DNA from: an uncultured Anaerolineales bacterium
GTDB taxonomy: Bacteria; Chloroflexota; Anaerolineae; Anaerolineales; JABWBV01
DNA length: 64,000 nucleotides
Assembly (NCBI GenBank): GCA_964489525.1
Contig: CAZAYY010000012.1
Coordinates: 65,320 to 129,319, forward strand
Direction: 5' to 3'
The notes beneath the pieces are model-generated. The model worked only from the letters and a program-made list of their open reading frames with translations, did no database searches and was not told the origin of the DNA. The position numbers and the translations under genes are program-made. Positions 40,716 through 49,708 of the stretch are shown here, piece by piece; positions within the stretch are counted from its first letter, which is position 1; every line of letters begins with the position of its first letter.

Positions 40716-41732
40716 TTAGCGGCCCGATTGCACGGCTGTCTTTAACGCTGCTGCCTCCCCCGCTGCACCTGTGGGATGGCAGGAAGCGCAGTCACTCAAA
40801 TCACCATACTCACCTACGGCAAAGTGTTCTGCAATGGTTTCAACGGGCTGGTGATCGTGGCACCCGTAACAGGTAATTTCGGTGTAGTACTGCTGATGGC
40901 AGGTTTCACAGGCCACCACATCATCACTGCCATGACGAATGTCAAATGTGTGCAGCAGCAGATAGGCTGGCTTCCAGGCCGTTGTTGTGTGGCAGCGGTT
41001 GCAGGCAGCGCCAAACATGACCTTGTCTTTTTCGGCAATGTGGCAATCGGAACAAACCTGGCTGGTGCCCTGGAACACCTGGTTCTGGTGACAGCTGGCA
41101 CACTCCGCTCCGGCATGGGCCCCATCCAGGACATAGGTATCATGGGCAAATTCTGCCATGTTGGCTGTGCCATCATGACAGGCCAGGCAATTCACGCCAT
41201 AGAAATCCATGTGGGCAGAAGTAAAGTCATGATCCATCTCGACATGGCAGGTGACACAATCGGTAGAACCTTCGGCGAAATTCCCCTGCGTATGGCAGTC
41301 TTCACAGGTCATCAGCGAGTTATCCACGCGCAGGTTATGTTTTTCAAGCGAAAAACCTCCCAACTCCTGGTGATTGATGTTGACAAACGGCACATAGCTG
41401 ATGTTGGCATCGGTACCCTGGTGTTCAGTATGGCACGTCTGGCATTTGTAAGTACCAGGCAGTTTGCTGTGCAATCCATCCTGTTCCATTCGCTCTCGGG
41501 CAATTTCCAGGTGGCAGTTCTGGCAGCGATCATCACTGATACAGTGAATGGGAACATGGCAGTGCCCACATTCGTGTTTGAAGGCTTCGTGGTTTGGATA
41601 CCCCCCCAACATCGCTCCTGTCGCCTGGGCTGTGGACAAATTTCCCACCATCCGGTACTTCACGCTTTCAAAGGTGAGAAAACCGGCGGAGAAAACCACC
41701 ATCAGGGCAATAATTTTTATAAATCCTTTCAC
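40716..41732 (-). CDS. Membrane-anchored multihaem c-type cytochrome, 12 CxxCH motifs
   Basis: N-terminal TM helix and 12 CxxCH motifs. The C-terminal 4-haem block is paralogous to the C-terminus of the 6-haem protein. Confidence 0.9.
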   Translation of the reverse strand: MKGFIKIIALMVVFSAGFLTFESVKYRMVGNLSTAQATGAMLGGYPNHEAFKHECGHCHVPIHCISDDRCQNCHLEIARERMEQDGLHSKLPGTYKCQTCHTEHQGTDANISYVPFVNINHQELGGFSLEKHNLRVDNSLMTCEDCHTQGNFAEGSTDCVTCHVEMDHDFTSAHMDFYGVNCLACHDGTANMAEFAHDTYVLDGAHAGAECASCHQNQVFQGTSQVCSDCHIAEKDKVMFGAACNRCHTTTAWKPAYLLLHTFDIRHGSDDVVACETCHQQYYTEITCYGCHDHQPVETIAEHFAVGEYGDLSDCASCHPTGAAGEAAALKTAVQSGR

Positions 41733-41787
41733 AATAACACCTCCAATCCTTCGAAATGCTGGAAGGATTTGAACGGTAAATCAAGAA

Positions 41788-42609
41788 TCATCGCGTTCCT
41801 TTCTGCGCGGGCGGGGCCACCAGTTCCCAATCCCCGGGTTCTCCTGTCAGATGGCAGCTTGTGCAGGCCTTGATGTCGTAGATGTTGGCCTTCAAATGCA
41901 CCGCTAACATGGCATCGGGTTGGTGGTCGTGGCATCCAAAACAAGTGTGCGTATCATACGAATCAATGTGGCAAGAAACACACTGCTGCGTTGTATCTGA
42001 ACCGTGATCCAGGTGAAAAGTGTGGCGGGTGAGTAAGGCTGGTTTCCAGGCTTGGAGCGTGTGGCAGCGCACACAATCCAACCCAAAACGGTCTTTGTGA
42101 ACCTCGGGCTGCTCATGGCAAGCCGAGCAGCGGTGGGGGTCATCCACCACAACATTTAAGAACTCTTCTTCAAGGGCCATTTCAACCAGGGCATACGCTT
42201 CCACTTGACGCTCGCCAGCCAGGGCTTCGACCAGATTCCAGTTCACATTTTGAATGAAAGTAACCAACTGTTCAATTTGTAGGTCACTCAAAATGCCGCC
42301 CTTGTTGGTGTGCCAGGCAGCCATAACCGAGCCATGCGCAGAACGGGCAATAATCTGAAAAAGAGCGTCCGGGTCGGCATCCGCAAGGTAAGGGGAGTTA
42401 AGCGGCGGCATATCCCCAATCCCCTCGCCATACAGCCCGTGGCAAGACACGCAGTTATCCATATACACCACAGCCGCCTCAGCAATATGCTGTTTGCGCA
42501 CTTCTTCCATGGCAATGGCAATCCGTTGGCCTTCTTGCAAGGCATACAAAGGCAGCAAAATGAGGAATCCAAGCAGTCCGAGTGCTGTAATCCAGGAATA
42601 TCGGTTCAT
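41788..42609 (-). CDS. Membrane-anchored c-type cytochrome: class-I monohaem domain fused to a 5-haem module (6 CxxCH)
   Basis: TM helix. CVSCHGLYGEG...M class-I-like domain. Then CSACH, CVRCH, CVSCH, CFGCH and CTSCH. Confidence 0.9.
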   Translation of the reverse strand: MNRYSWITALGLLGFLILLPLYALQEGQRIAIAMEEVRKQHIAEAAVVYMDNCVSCHGLYGEGIGDMPPLNSPYLADADPDALFQIIARSAHGSVMAAWHTNKGGILSDLQIEQLVTFIQNVNWNLVEALAGERQVEAYALVEMALEEEFLNVVVDDPHRCSACHEQPEVHKDRFGLDCVRCHTLQAWKPALLTRHTFHLDHGSDTTQQCVSCHIDSYDTHTCFGCHDHQPDAMLAVHLKANIYDIKACTSCHLTGEPGDWELVAPPAQKGTR

Positions 42610-42618
42610 GGCACCCTC

Positions 42619-43185
42619 CTACCCATACACCAACTGGTCGGGCGAGAAGTGGTCGCGCCGCCGTAAGTAAGAAGTATCGACATACACTTTGCCGCTGTCA
42701 ATTTTGACGGTGTATAAATCTAAGGCCCGGTGAAGGGTAGTTTTTTCTGAATTTCCGTAAAAATCAAAAGCCGAAGCGTGGCAAGGGCAAAGGAATTTGC
42801 CTTCATCGGAAGAATAATTAACTGTGCAGCCCAGGTGGGGGCAGCGGCGGTAGACGGCCATAAACCCGCCATCCGCCGCCCGCACCAAGTAAAAACCTGC
42901 TACTGGAAAATCGGTCACCGAACCAGGGCTAAAGCTATCCACAGTCCCAACGTCCACCTGCCGGGCAACCCGGCTTTCTCCGGTTTGCGGTTTGAGATAC
43001 ATCAGGCCAATGCCGATGAGTTCAACAGCAGCCGCAACACCCGCCAGTTTCAAAAATTCTTTGCGGTTAATGCGCAGCTTCTTCCGAGGTTCTGAAATCG
43101 GGTGGGATACCATAGCTTCCAAACCCTGGATTTCTTCAGGGTCCATATCGGTTGTTGGGGTAGGTTTACTGTTAAGCGTTTGCAT
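42619..43185 (-). CDS. Rieske [2Fe-2S] subunit of a cytochrome bc-type complex
   Basis: AGGAGG RBS. Tat-like NRKEFLKLAG plus a TM helix. Cluster boxes CPHLGC and CPCHAS. Confidence 0.9.
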   Translation of the reverse strand: MQTLNSKPTPTTDMDPEEIQGLEAMVSHPISEPRKKLRINRKEFLKLAGVAAAVELIGIGLMYLKPQTGESRVARQVDVGTVDSFSPGSVTDFPVAGFYLVRAADGGFMAVYRRCPHLGCTVNYSSDEGKFLCPCHASAFDFYGNSEKTTLHRALDLYTVKIDSGKVYVDTSYLRRRDHFSPDQLVYG

Positions 43186-43202
43186 TTTTCACCTCCTGTC
43201 CA

Positions 43203-44558
43203 TTAAGAAAATGGCAGGATAAGAGCCATATTCGCGCCTCGGAAGAAGACGCCAATGATGGTCAGCGCCACCAGGCTGGAAAACTCGAACATAAATAAAC
43301 CCAACAATGCTTCCGAGCGGTTTGCCCGTAAAAGCCTGAATAAACCATAAACCAGGGCCAGCAGCAAAACCGCGACCGCAAATGGAATCACTCCATTCGC
43401 AACCAGGGGATTCAGGGTTGGGAATAGTTCCGGAATTTCGAGCCAGTATTCATCGGCAATCACCAGCAAGGGAATCAGGTTGAAGGCCAGCAGCGCGCCC
43501 AGGGCAAAAGTCCACCTGCCGGTTTTTGACCGGAAATAGATACCAGTGCTTTGATCCTGTCGATCGTAATAAGGAAGCAGTACTGCCATCAAGGTCACCA
43601 AAATCACCAGTGCCATGGCTGCTCGAGCATCCATATGCAGCAGCAGTTCTTGAAGTCCCATGAAATACCAGGCAGCTTTGGCCGGGTTTGGAGAAGAAAG
43701 GGGGTCGGCAACAGCCAACAACGGGGCTGGAAACTGCGTTCCGATTAAGAAAACCCCAAAAGCCACCAGAACCATAATCCCCAGCTCTTTCTGAACCAGG
43801 TTTGGAATGGTGGTTACCTGTTCGGTGATTTCGCCTGGCTTTGAAGGGGGGTGGCTGATTCCACCCGATTTGCGAATTTTCCAAAAGTGGTAGCTCATCG
43901 TTGCCACCAACAAAACTGGCAGCACAGCCACATGAATCGCATAAAAATTCCGCAAGGCCGCCTGGCCAAGATCCGGCCCGCCCAACAAAAAATGAGACAG
44001 AGAATCTCCAGCGAATGGAATGTACTGAACCAGGCTGGCCGCAACAGTTACCGCCCAATACGAAAGCTGGTCCCAGGGCAGCAGGTAGCCAGTGAAATTG
44101 AAGCCAAGAACGATGAACAGCAAAACCATCCCAATCACCCAGTTGAAAGCCCGTTCTTTAACATGGCTGCCCGTCAAAAAGACCCGCAGCAAATGGAGCA
44201 CCACCACAAACACCAGGATGTTTGCAGACCAATGGTGAATGGCGCGAATCAGCGAGCCAAACATCACCTGTGATTCAATCATCTGGATGCTCTGGTAAGC
44301 CCGATCCACACTGGCATCATAGCGGAACATGAGCAAAACCCCGGTAGAAATCAGGACAAGTGTCAGAAAGGTGGCAATCCCACCCAGACCCCAGGTATAG
44401 GTAAAACGCAAAGCCGGGACTGGGACGCGGGTGGGGTGCAGATGTAAAATGACGTTATTTAGAACTTCTCGCAAGCGGCTGCGTTCTTCTTCTGCTGAAA
44501 TGGCAGCCTGGTCTCGCCCAGGAGTACTGGTTTTATTCAAAGGAAGATTGGTATCCAT
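43203..44558 (-). CDS. Cytochrome b (fused b6-like N-domain plus subunit-IV-like C-domain plus extra helices)
   Basis: Helix B H-x13-H (IHHWSANILVFVVVLH) and helix D H-x14-H (IHVAVLPVLLVATMSYH). The Qo-loop region PAKAAWYFMGLQELL sits at the position of the PEWY motif. Confidence 0.9.
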   Translation of the reverse strand: MDTNLPLNKTSTPGRDQAAISAEEERSRLREVLNNVILHLHPTRVPVPALRFTYTWGLGGIATFLTLVLISTGVLLMFRYDASVDRAYQSIQMIESQVMFGSLIRAIHHWSANILVFVVVLHLLRVFLTGSHVKERAFNWVIGMVLLFIVLGFNFTGYLLPWDQLSYWAVTVAASLVQYIPFAGDSLSHFLLGGPDLGQAALRNFYAIHVAVLPVLLVATMSYHFWKIRKSGGISHPPSKPGEITEQVTTIPNLVQKELGIMVLVAFGVFLIGTQFPAPLLAVADPLSSPNPAKAAWYFMGLQELLLHMDARAAMALVILVTLMAVLLPYYDRQDQSTGIYFRSKTGRWTFALGALLAFNLIPLLVIADEYWLEIPELFPTLNPLVANGVIPFAVAVLLLALVYGLFRLLRANRSEALLGLFMFEFSSLVALTIIGVFFRGANMALILPFS

Positions 44559-44570
44559 ATAAGCCCTCGA

Positions 44571-46118
44571 TTATTGGGTAACCAACAAAGGAATAAAAAC
44601 TTTAAAGTTCACTGGTACTTCTGTACCCAAATATAAAAAAGCACTGCCAACCAGGTCAAAATTGACCCGATAAACTGGAGCGCCAACAACCAGGTCGGCA
44701 TGGTTGTCTAGGTCCAGGTCGGTGCCGCCAGAAAACGTAAAACCAAAGGATGCGTCAGCCTTGTTGCCCAGCCCGCGCCAGAGCACACTGACACCCAACC
44801 CACCGGGATAGCCTGCGAAAGCATAGATGGCGCCCTGGTCTGGTTTGTCGCCATCAAACATGGATGCACCCACAAAAACGTCGGGAAAACCATCCTGGTT
44901 GACATCGCCAGCGCTTCCAACAGAACAGCCAAACTGGGAGCCGCCCTGCGGGAAGATGTAACTCCAGACCGGGATGGGGAAAAGTCCATCGCCACTGCCT
45001 AGATAAAAATAAGCGGCGCCCTGGTTCACCAACTGGCTGCTGTGATAGGGCTCACCAATGATTAAGTCCGCATAACCATCCTGGTTGACATCCCCTGCCC
45101 CCGCTAAAGCATAGCCAAACTGAGCTCTATCCTCCTGCCCATAAACAACCTGGGCGGGTGTTTCTGCCAGGCCATTTTCGCCACCCAGGTAAACATAAAC
45201 TGCACCCACCTGAACCGTTTGCGTCACATAATAGGGTGCGGCGATGGCGACATCGGTATAACCATCCTTGTTCAGGTCCCCCACCCCGGCCACCACCATC
45301 CCAAAGTCAGCGCCAGCTTGCCCGCCATACACAACCCAATCCGGCTCAAATGGCAGACCGCTGGCAGAACCATAGTAACCAAAAACTGCGCCTGCTTTAA
45401 GCCCTGAAAGCGGGGACGTAAAATTGGGAGCGCCGATCATCACATCGCCAAAACCATCCTTGTTGACATCACCGGCACTGGCCACAGCATATCCAAATTG
45501 TGCACTTTTGGTGTTGGATTCCACCCGCCAATCCGGGGTGAGTGCAGGCGTTCCAGGTTGGCCGTAGAACAGGTATGCAGCGCCTTCCTCAGCTTCCGGG
45601 TTTGTGGTGCTGGGAGCCCCGATCAGAATATCATCCCGGCCATCCCCGTTAACATCCTGCACAATCGCCAGGCTGCTGCCATAGCGCGAGCCCTGCTGCT
45701 CGCCAGCCGTTTGCCAGGAAGCCGCGTTTCCCGGACCGGAAGGGCCGCTCAGGTATAGGAAAGCCCGGCCTTCGCGGTACACCTGGTCGGTCATTTTCGC
45801 GGCACCCACCAGTAAATCGGCCCGGCCATCACCGTTCACATCGCCTGTGATGCTGACTGCGCTGCCAAATTCATCGCCATTGCTCTCGCCGCTTTGCGAC
45901 CAAACGGGGGTCAGGGAAAAGCCCGCCAGGGTTTGGTTTTGAGACAGGGAAAGGCTTGCGCTTTCAGGAGCAGCGCCCGCCAGGGAAGGGTGAGAAAACC
46001 CGAACGCCAAAAGCACAACCAGGCTCAGCCAGACCCAGGCGGTTGGGCGGGAATGGGTATTTTGGGAAGGGGTTAAGGGGGTTGGGTTCATCAGGTTGTG
46101 CTTTTGGCTGTCTTGCAA
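44571..46118 (-). CDS. Secreted FG-GAP (integrin-alpha-like) beta-propeller repeat protein
   Basis: Signal peptide. About 7 repeats of FG..V...GDVNxDGxxDxxxGAP. Only 12 nt upstream of cytochrome b. C-terminal tail NFKVFIPLLVTQ. Confidence 0.85.
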   Translation of the reverse strand: MQDSQKHNLMNPTPLTPSQNTHSRPTAWVWLSLVVLLAFGFSHPSLAGAAPESASLSLSQNQTLAGFSLTPVWSQSGESNGDEFGSAVSITGDVNGDGRADLLVGAAKMTDQVYREGRAFLYLSGPSGPGNAASWQTAGEQQGSRYGSSLAIVQDVNGDGRDDILIGAPSTTNPEAEEGAAYLFYGQPGTPALTPDWRVESNTKSAQFGYAVASAGDVNKDGFGDVMIGAPNFTSPLSGLKAGAVFGYYGSASGLPFEPDWVVYGGQAGADFGMVVAGVGDLNKDGYTDVAIAAPYYVTQTVQVGAVYVYLGGENGLAETPAQVVYGQEDRAQFGYALAGAGDVNQDGYADLIIGEPYHSSQLVNQGAAYFYLGSGDGLFPIPVWSYIFPQGGSQFGCSVGSAGDVNQDGFPDVFVGASMFDGDKPDQGAIYAFAGYPGGLGVSVLWRGLGNKADASFGFTFSGGTDLDLDNHADLVVGAPVYRVNFDLVGSAFLYLGTEVPVNFKVFIPLLVTQ

Positions 46119-46149
46119 AAAATCTGTTTCAGGATCCTACAAGTCGAGA

Positions 46150-46179
46150 GGGCAGGGGCCAGCAAACCAGCCCCTGCCC
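46150..46179 (-). other. Intercistronic GC-rich stem-loop between the BNR and FG-GAP genes
   Basis: Perfect 10-bp stem (gggcaggggc 46150-46159 / gcccctgccc 46170-46179). No T-tract follows on the minus strand. Confidence 0.5.
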
Positions 46180-46194
46180 ATTATGGCTGGGTTG

Positions 46195-49100
46195 TTACCG
46201 GGTGAAGGGCAGGTATACCCTGTAAAGCGTGTCTGCCACCAGCAAAGGCTGCCAGGCATCCACAGACCAGTTGCCCTTAGCATCTTTCGCCCGGAATTTG
46301 ATGATGTGCAAGCCTGGGCTGAGGCCCCACTGGTTGGGGTTCATGGCAAAACCAGGCTGGTTGCTCATAAGCCCGTCATGGGAGGAAGTCCACTCGTATT
46401 CCACAATGCCGCCACTCAGCTGGTCACAATCCTTGGCAAAGCCCTGGAAATAGACCAGGTCGGTCGTGGCAAGTTCTATGGAAGTTGGAGCAACCACAAT
46501 CCGGGCGGTGGGTACAATCTCGATGGCTTCGTTGTAATATACCCGGCGGTACCACATGTCGCTGTTGGTCACCACTTCTTCGGCGTCTTCATTCCATTGG
46601 TTCCAAACCGCATAGAAGAATGTGCCGCCCGGGTTGGCCACCAGCGCCGCCTCTCCAGAAAGATCGTCCTGGTTGTTTTCAAGCCAGTCAAAGGATTCGC
46701 GATAAACGCCGTTGGCATCTGGAATGTCTGCAAGCACAATGTCATCATAGTTGTCGCCCCAGTCGGAAGCCCGGCTGTAATACAGGTTCAACGGGGTGGC
46801 TTCGCCAAGGGTAACCGTGGTATTGTCGCCGGTTTCATACACCACGAAGAACTTGCTGGGGTCTCGCTCATCATCGGTATAGCGATACTCCGTCTTCAAC
46901 GTATCCGAGAAAATTGCCGGAGCGGTGGGGCTGTAGCGGGGATCCAGGATGGTGATCTTGGTGCCAATAAGCTGTGAAACGTTGCGGGCGGGTTCAAAAG
47001 CGCCTACCCCATAGCAGGTTTCTACCGACAGTTCACTTTCGCCATCAGGGATATCCAGGTAGTTTTCAACGTGGCACGGGCCGATATCGTCTCCCAGCCC
47101 AAGTGGGGTGGTTGTCCAGGTCTGCCCGCCGTCGAAGGAGCGGCGAATGTACAGGTTGTATTTGTCATTTCCAACCGAGTTAGCCATCCAGTTGGGCGAC
47201 CAGGCGTAAAGCACCATGACAAAATCACCATCAATGAAACCACGGTGGCCTTTGGCAATGTCGTAGGGGTTTTCCCAGGTCTGGTCATCCAGGTTTTCTG
47301 CTGTCTGGTCCCAAACGGTCACCTTCGGGAAGGGGGATACGCCGCCATCCCACGGGAAGGCTTGAATGCATTGAGCCGGGTCGGTGCCATCTCCACCCGC
47401 TGGCAGGTTGGTACAGCGCTCAATGCTGGTTCCAGACAGGTTGGTGGGTGTCGAAAGGCAGATGCCACCGGGGTAGTTCGGGTTGATTGCTGCATGGACG
47501 GTTTCGGTGGTGTAGCGGGTATCGGTGATCGGCACATAGTCCCAGATATCACAGGCCATGTTCTCAAAAGCAAAGGGGTTATCGAGCATGGGGTCAAATT
47601 CATCTGGAATGACCAGCCGGCGCATGTAGATATCGGCCGGGCCGCCCTGGTTAATGATGCCCTGCTTGTAGAGCAAGATTGCCGAGGTTTTTTCCACTGA
47701 GTTCAACGTGGCTTTTCCAGATTGGACAATCAGGCTGAAACGCCGGGCAATTTCGGTTTCGTAAAATGCGTTGCCCCAGTCATCCAACTGAAGCTCAAAG
47801 AAATCTCCTGTTTCTGGGTCGGAAGAAGGTTGGTTGAGGATATGGCCTCGGCTGACCAGGTCGGGTTGGAACATGTCGAAGCTGTGGTACCAGATATTCT
47901 TACCGATATCAATGGGTTCCACTTCCAACTCGCTCGATCCTTCACCTAATGCTTTGGTTTCTTCGTAGGCAATCAGCACCCAGGCGCTGGTTCGGGTGTC
48001 GTAGATGGGTTCGGTAATCTCGACGGTATAGGTGATGCCTGAGGTATCGGTGAGAGTAACGGTCTGGGTGATTTCGCCAATGATGGTGTCATAATCATAG
48101 GTGGTGTACCCTTGCAAGCCAATCCGGGGTCGCGAAGCGCCCACCCGCCCTACCAGGGTGCGGCCATCTTCCGTCACGCAAACATTCTTGGGCTGGCCGC
48201 CGGGGTTAAGCCACTCTACTGTGGATGCACAGTACTCAAGAATTCCATCTCCGTTGAAGTCGTGGTGGCAATAGGGGTCTTCGGTCAAAGAGGTGGCATC
48301 ACAAAAGTCGTTGTCGGTCAGGCGAACCGGAACTTCCATGAGCACACCCACTTTGGGCAGGGTTCCTTCCGGATCATAAACATATTCAATCGGGTCGGGG
48401 ATGTTTTCCAGGTTCTCGGTGGTCGGGTCGTCCACCAGGGCAAAATCATCCCAACCAATATAACTGTACCAGACATCGGTTTTGGCGTTGACAATCGCAC
48501 CGCTCCAACCCTCGCCTGGGCCAAGGCCCTGGCCGGGCCGCAGGCCTTCGGGGTCTTCCTGCCAGGTGACAATAAAGCCAGCGCCTTCCACGCCTTTAAC
48601 TTCAATCCGGTGTGCATCCCGGCGTCCAGAGGTCAGGCGTTCGGCTTTGCGCCAAATCATGTCATAATAGGAGGTGCCATCTTCCCGGGTGATTTGCTCC
48701 AAGGTGCCTCGGGCTACCCAAACACAGCCATAAGGGATTTCGCCTATTTCAGGAAAGCCCTGTAGGGTGTAATCTACTGATTTTTGGGTACCCATCACGC
48801 CAAACAGATCTTTTTCCGGATAGATGGTATAGGCGGGCAGGCCGCCATCACAGTAGCGGCTGATCCAGGCCACCATCGCGTACCGCCCGGTAATGGCGAA
48901 TTCACGCGAAACGCCCAGTTCCAGGTAGAAAACATCACCGGGGTAGGGTATGCCATCCACGGTGAATGAGCTCAGATGGGCTGAATCTGACAGGTTGTAG
49001 TTCTTCCAGGTGGCGCCATCGTCCAGCGAGAGAGCGGCAAAGGCATCCCGTGCACCAAAACCAAGGCCGCTGCGCACTTCTTCCTCGTGTTCAATACCAT

Positions 49101-49386
49101 CAATGTATGCGCTCAATAAAGGCCGGGCATAGTCGCGGGTTTCAATCACCGTTTCTGTGTCGGAAAGCAAGACGGTGTACTCAATGGTGGTCAGGCTGCC
49201 ATCGGCTTTTTGGGCTGGGACATAAAAGTTCATCATACCCACAGCGGCTTCCTCGGTTTCACCGTCGGGTGTTCTGGAGACGTTTCTGCGAAACATCACG
49301 CCATCATCACCCAGGGCTGAACCGGTGACAAGGCCGAGGGCCAGGACAACCATGAGCACTGCAAATAATACGGTTTTCGGTTTCAT
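46195..49386 (-). CDS. Large secreted protein with BNR/Asp-box motifs and a C-terminal Ig/PKD-like domain
   Basis: Signal peptide. Two Asp-boxes (SLDDGATW, SFDGGQTW). C-terminal beta-sandwich-like region. Tail YRVYLPFTR. No further family recognised. Confidence 0.7.
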   Translation of the reverse strand: MKPKTVLFAVLMVVLALGLVTGSALGDDGVMFRRNVSRTPDGETEEAAVGMMNFYVPAQKADGSLTTIEYTVLLSDTETVIETRDYARPLLSAYIDGIEHEEEVRSGLGFGARDAFAALSLDDGATWKNYNLSDSAHLSSFTVDGIPYPGDVFYLELGVSREFAITGRYAMVAWISRYCDGGLPAYTIYPEKDLFGVMGTQKSVDYTLQGFPEIGEIPYGCVWVARGTLEQITREDGTSYYDMIWRKAERLTSGRRDAHRIEVKGVEGAGFIVTWQEDPEGLRPGQGLGPGEGWSGAIVNAKTDVWYSYIGWDDFALVDDPTTENLENIPDPIEYVYDPEGTLPKVGVLMEVPVRLTDNDFCDATSLTEDPYCHHDFNGDGILEYCASTVEWLNPGGQPKNVCVTEDGRTLVGRVGASRPRIGLQGYTTYDYDTIIGEITQTVTLTDTSGITYTVEITEPIYDTRTSAWVLIAYEETKALGEGSSELEVEPIDIGKNIWYHSFDMFQPDLVSRGHILNQPSSDPETGDFFELQLDDWGNAFYETEIARRFSLIVQSGKATLNSVEKTSAILLYKQGIINQGGPADIYMRRLVIPDEFDPMLDNPFAFENMACDIWDYVPITDTRYTTETVHAAINPNYPGGICLSTPTNLSGTSIERCTNLPAGGDGTDPAQCIQAFPWDGGVSPFPKVTVWDQTAENLDDQTWENPYDIAKGHRGFIDGDFVMVLYAWSPNWMANSVGNDKYNLYIRRSFDGGQTWTTTPLGLGDDIGPCHVENYLDIPDGESELSVETCYGVGAFEPARNVSQLIGTKITILDPRYSPTAPAIFSDTLKTEYRYTDDERDPSKFFVVYETGDNTTVTLGEATPLNLYYSRASDWGDNYDDIVLADIPDANGVYRESFDWLENNQDDLSGEAALVANPGGTFFYAVWNQWNEDAEEVVTNSDMWYRRVYYNEAIEIVPTARIVVAPTSIELATTDLVYFQGFAKDCDQLSGGIVEYEWTSSHDGLMSNQPGFAMNPNQWGLSPGLHIIKFRAKDAKGNWSVDAWQPLLVADTLYRVYLPFTR

Positions 49387-49430
49387 TTTTTACTCCTCTT
49401 CTAGAAGGTTCAAAGGACTTAAGGGGGCTG

Positions 49431-49640
49431 TCAAAGGGTCTTAACATACTTCATAAAGATTTCCTCCATTTGTTCAGGGGTGGCATTGACCTGTTTGCAC
49501 AAATAATTGAACATCAGTTCAACGGTTGAAAAGTGGATCACTTCCTGGGTGAGGACATTTTGCAGGGTGGCTCGCCAATCCCCACTCTGGCTATCACACC
49601 AGATGCGCATTAAGTAGGATTTGTAAAGTTGATCTTGCAT
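49431..49640 (-). CDS. Small conserved hypothetical protein (69 aa), paralog of 52906-53130
   Basis: Start at MQDQLYKSY (49640) with an AAGGAG RBS. Shares the motif Y-x-S-Y-x-x-R-x-W...W-R-A-x-L-Q-x-x-x-T-x-E-x-x-x-F-S with the second copy. Confidence 0.6.
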   Translation of the reverse strand: MQDQLYKSYLMRIWCDSQSGDWRATLQNVLTQEVIHFSTVELMFNYLCKQVNATPEQMEEIFMKYVKTL

Positions 49641-49679
49641 AGGCTGACTCCTTATAGCCCTCTTAATGTACAAATTGTG

Positions 49680-49708
49680 TTGACAAACTTCACAGTTAAA
49701 TGTATTAT
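49680..49708 (+). promoter_or_regulatory. Sigma70-type promoter for the SARP-STAND regulator
   Basis: Consensus TTGACA (49680-49685), a 17-nt spacer, then TATTAT (49703-49708). About 98 nt upstream of the ATG. Confidence 0.55.

Noticed and set aside
40776-41873. 365-aa plus-strand ORF
   Set aside because: It is antisense to the 12-haem and the start of the 6-haem cytochrome genes. It is the same compositional artefact, it spans an intergenic gap of the real genes, and it has no recognisable motifs.
46096-46977. 293-aa plus-strand ORF
   Set aside because: It is antisense to the 3' part of the BNR protein gene and crosses the FG-GAP/BNR spacer. It has no start context or motifs.
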